DNA from: Ptychomitrium polyphyllum
Taxonomy: Eukaryota
Reading direction: 5' to 3'
DNA length: 64,000 nt
Assembly: GCA_973851085.1 (NCBI GenBank)
Contig: OZ316776.1
Span: forward strand, 11,718,001 to 11,782,000
Part shown: piece after piece, positions 63,246 to 64,000 of the stretch
Position numbering within the stretch: position 1 is the stretch's first letter
How the letters are laid out: each line of letters opens with the position of its first letter
Position numbers and translations under genes: made by a program
Notes under the pieces: model-generated
The model's input: only the letters and a program-made list of their open reading frames with translations
What the model was told of the DNA's origin: nothing
Database searches by the model: none

Positions 63246-64000
63246 CTGCACAAACGTACCCCGTTACAGATTGCATCGTCAATTTTCAATTCAAAATATA
63301 ACCAGACTCCATGTAAGATCAGTACACAAGCGATACACGTTTAACAGCTGCAAAATCCGATTGCTCTAAATTTATTCCAATGCGGGTTTAATGCAGGCCG
63401 ATCGACCGTCACTTCGTGCAAACAAACAGTGTTTTGCAGGAAGCGATGCGTCTATATAACCTTGGGCAATCCACAACGAAGAAGGCATATCATCACCGTT
63501 CATGATTATCATCTGTAACACGATACTTCAACAGAAAATACTGAACCACAGAGGACCACTGAGACTCGAAGGTAGCTTCCAGACAAAAAATGCAAGCACC
63601 CTTCAAGTAACATCAAAAGAGCATGTACCACATGTTGCTAAATTAAGTAGTTCAAAACACCAACTCAGAATTTTCTTCCGCTGGGGTTAGCTCCAGCAAT
63701 GCCTGCAAACACATACTCCCTTGAAAGAAAAATCGAGTGCACTCATGTAATGCGCACTAGGCTAAATGCATTATTGAATCCCAACAACGTCCAGTTCTGC
63801 GGAAAGCGACGTGCCGCAGTATGGAGCTCTAGCGAGAACAGCTGTAGGTGGAGTTCTCAGCTACCCCGAGCTCAGTATTACACCAGAGTCTCCAGTTCGC
63901 TTCGCAGGCGTTGTAGAACCAAACCTATCCCCTAGAGTTTACAGTGAAGATTGCAGAAAACAACTCCTATAAAATCATGCCTTCGTTCATATCACCACCC

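Overview
Eukaryotic nuclear DNA from a land plant. The 80-500 bp GT-AG introns, gene density and protein divergence suggest a bryophyte, probably a moss (inference). Bases ~520-15400 form a gene-free, AT-rich block that looks CpG-poor, with a 28-bp minisatellite and unassignable ORF relics. From ~16400 the window is gene-dense: GPAT9 acyltransferase (+); an OBERON-like PHD gene whose 3' half carries in-frame stops and a frameshift (+); an intronless EI24/Rrt8-Lds-like membrane protein (-); an AMBRA1-like WD40 protein (-); OSB-CoA ligase AAE14/MenE ending in the peroxisomal signal SRL (-); a taspase-like threonine aspartase (+); and an AHK1-like hybrid histidine kinase (-). Most notable: (1) the last intron and terminal exon of GPAT9 are duplicated 7,672 bp downstream, so the two copies bracket the decaying OBERON-like gene, and identity drops sharply just after the stop codon; (2) the intronless gene resembles the fungal Rrt8/Lds family. 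Exon boundaries were read by eye, and family assignments rest on recalled motifs, not database searches.
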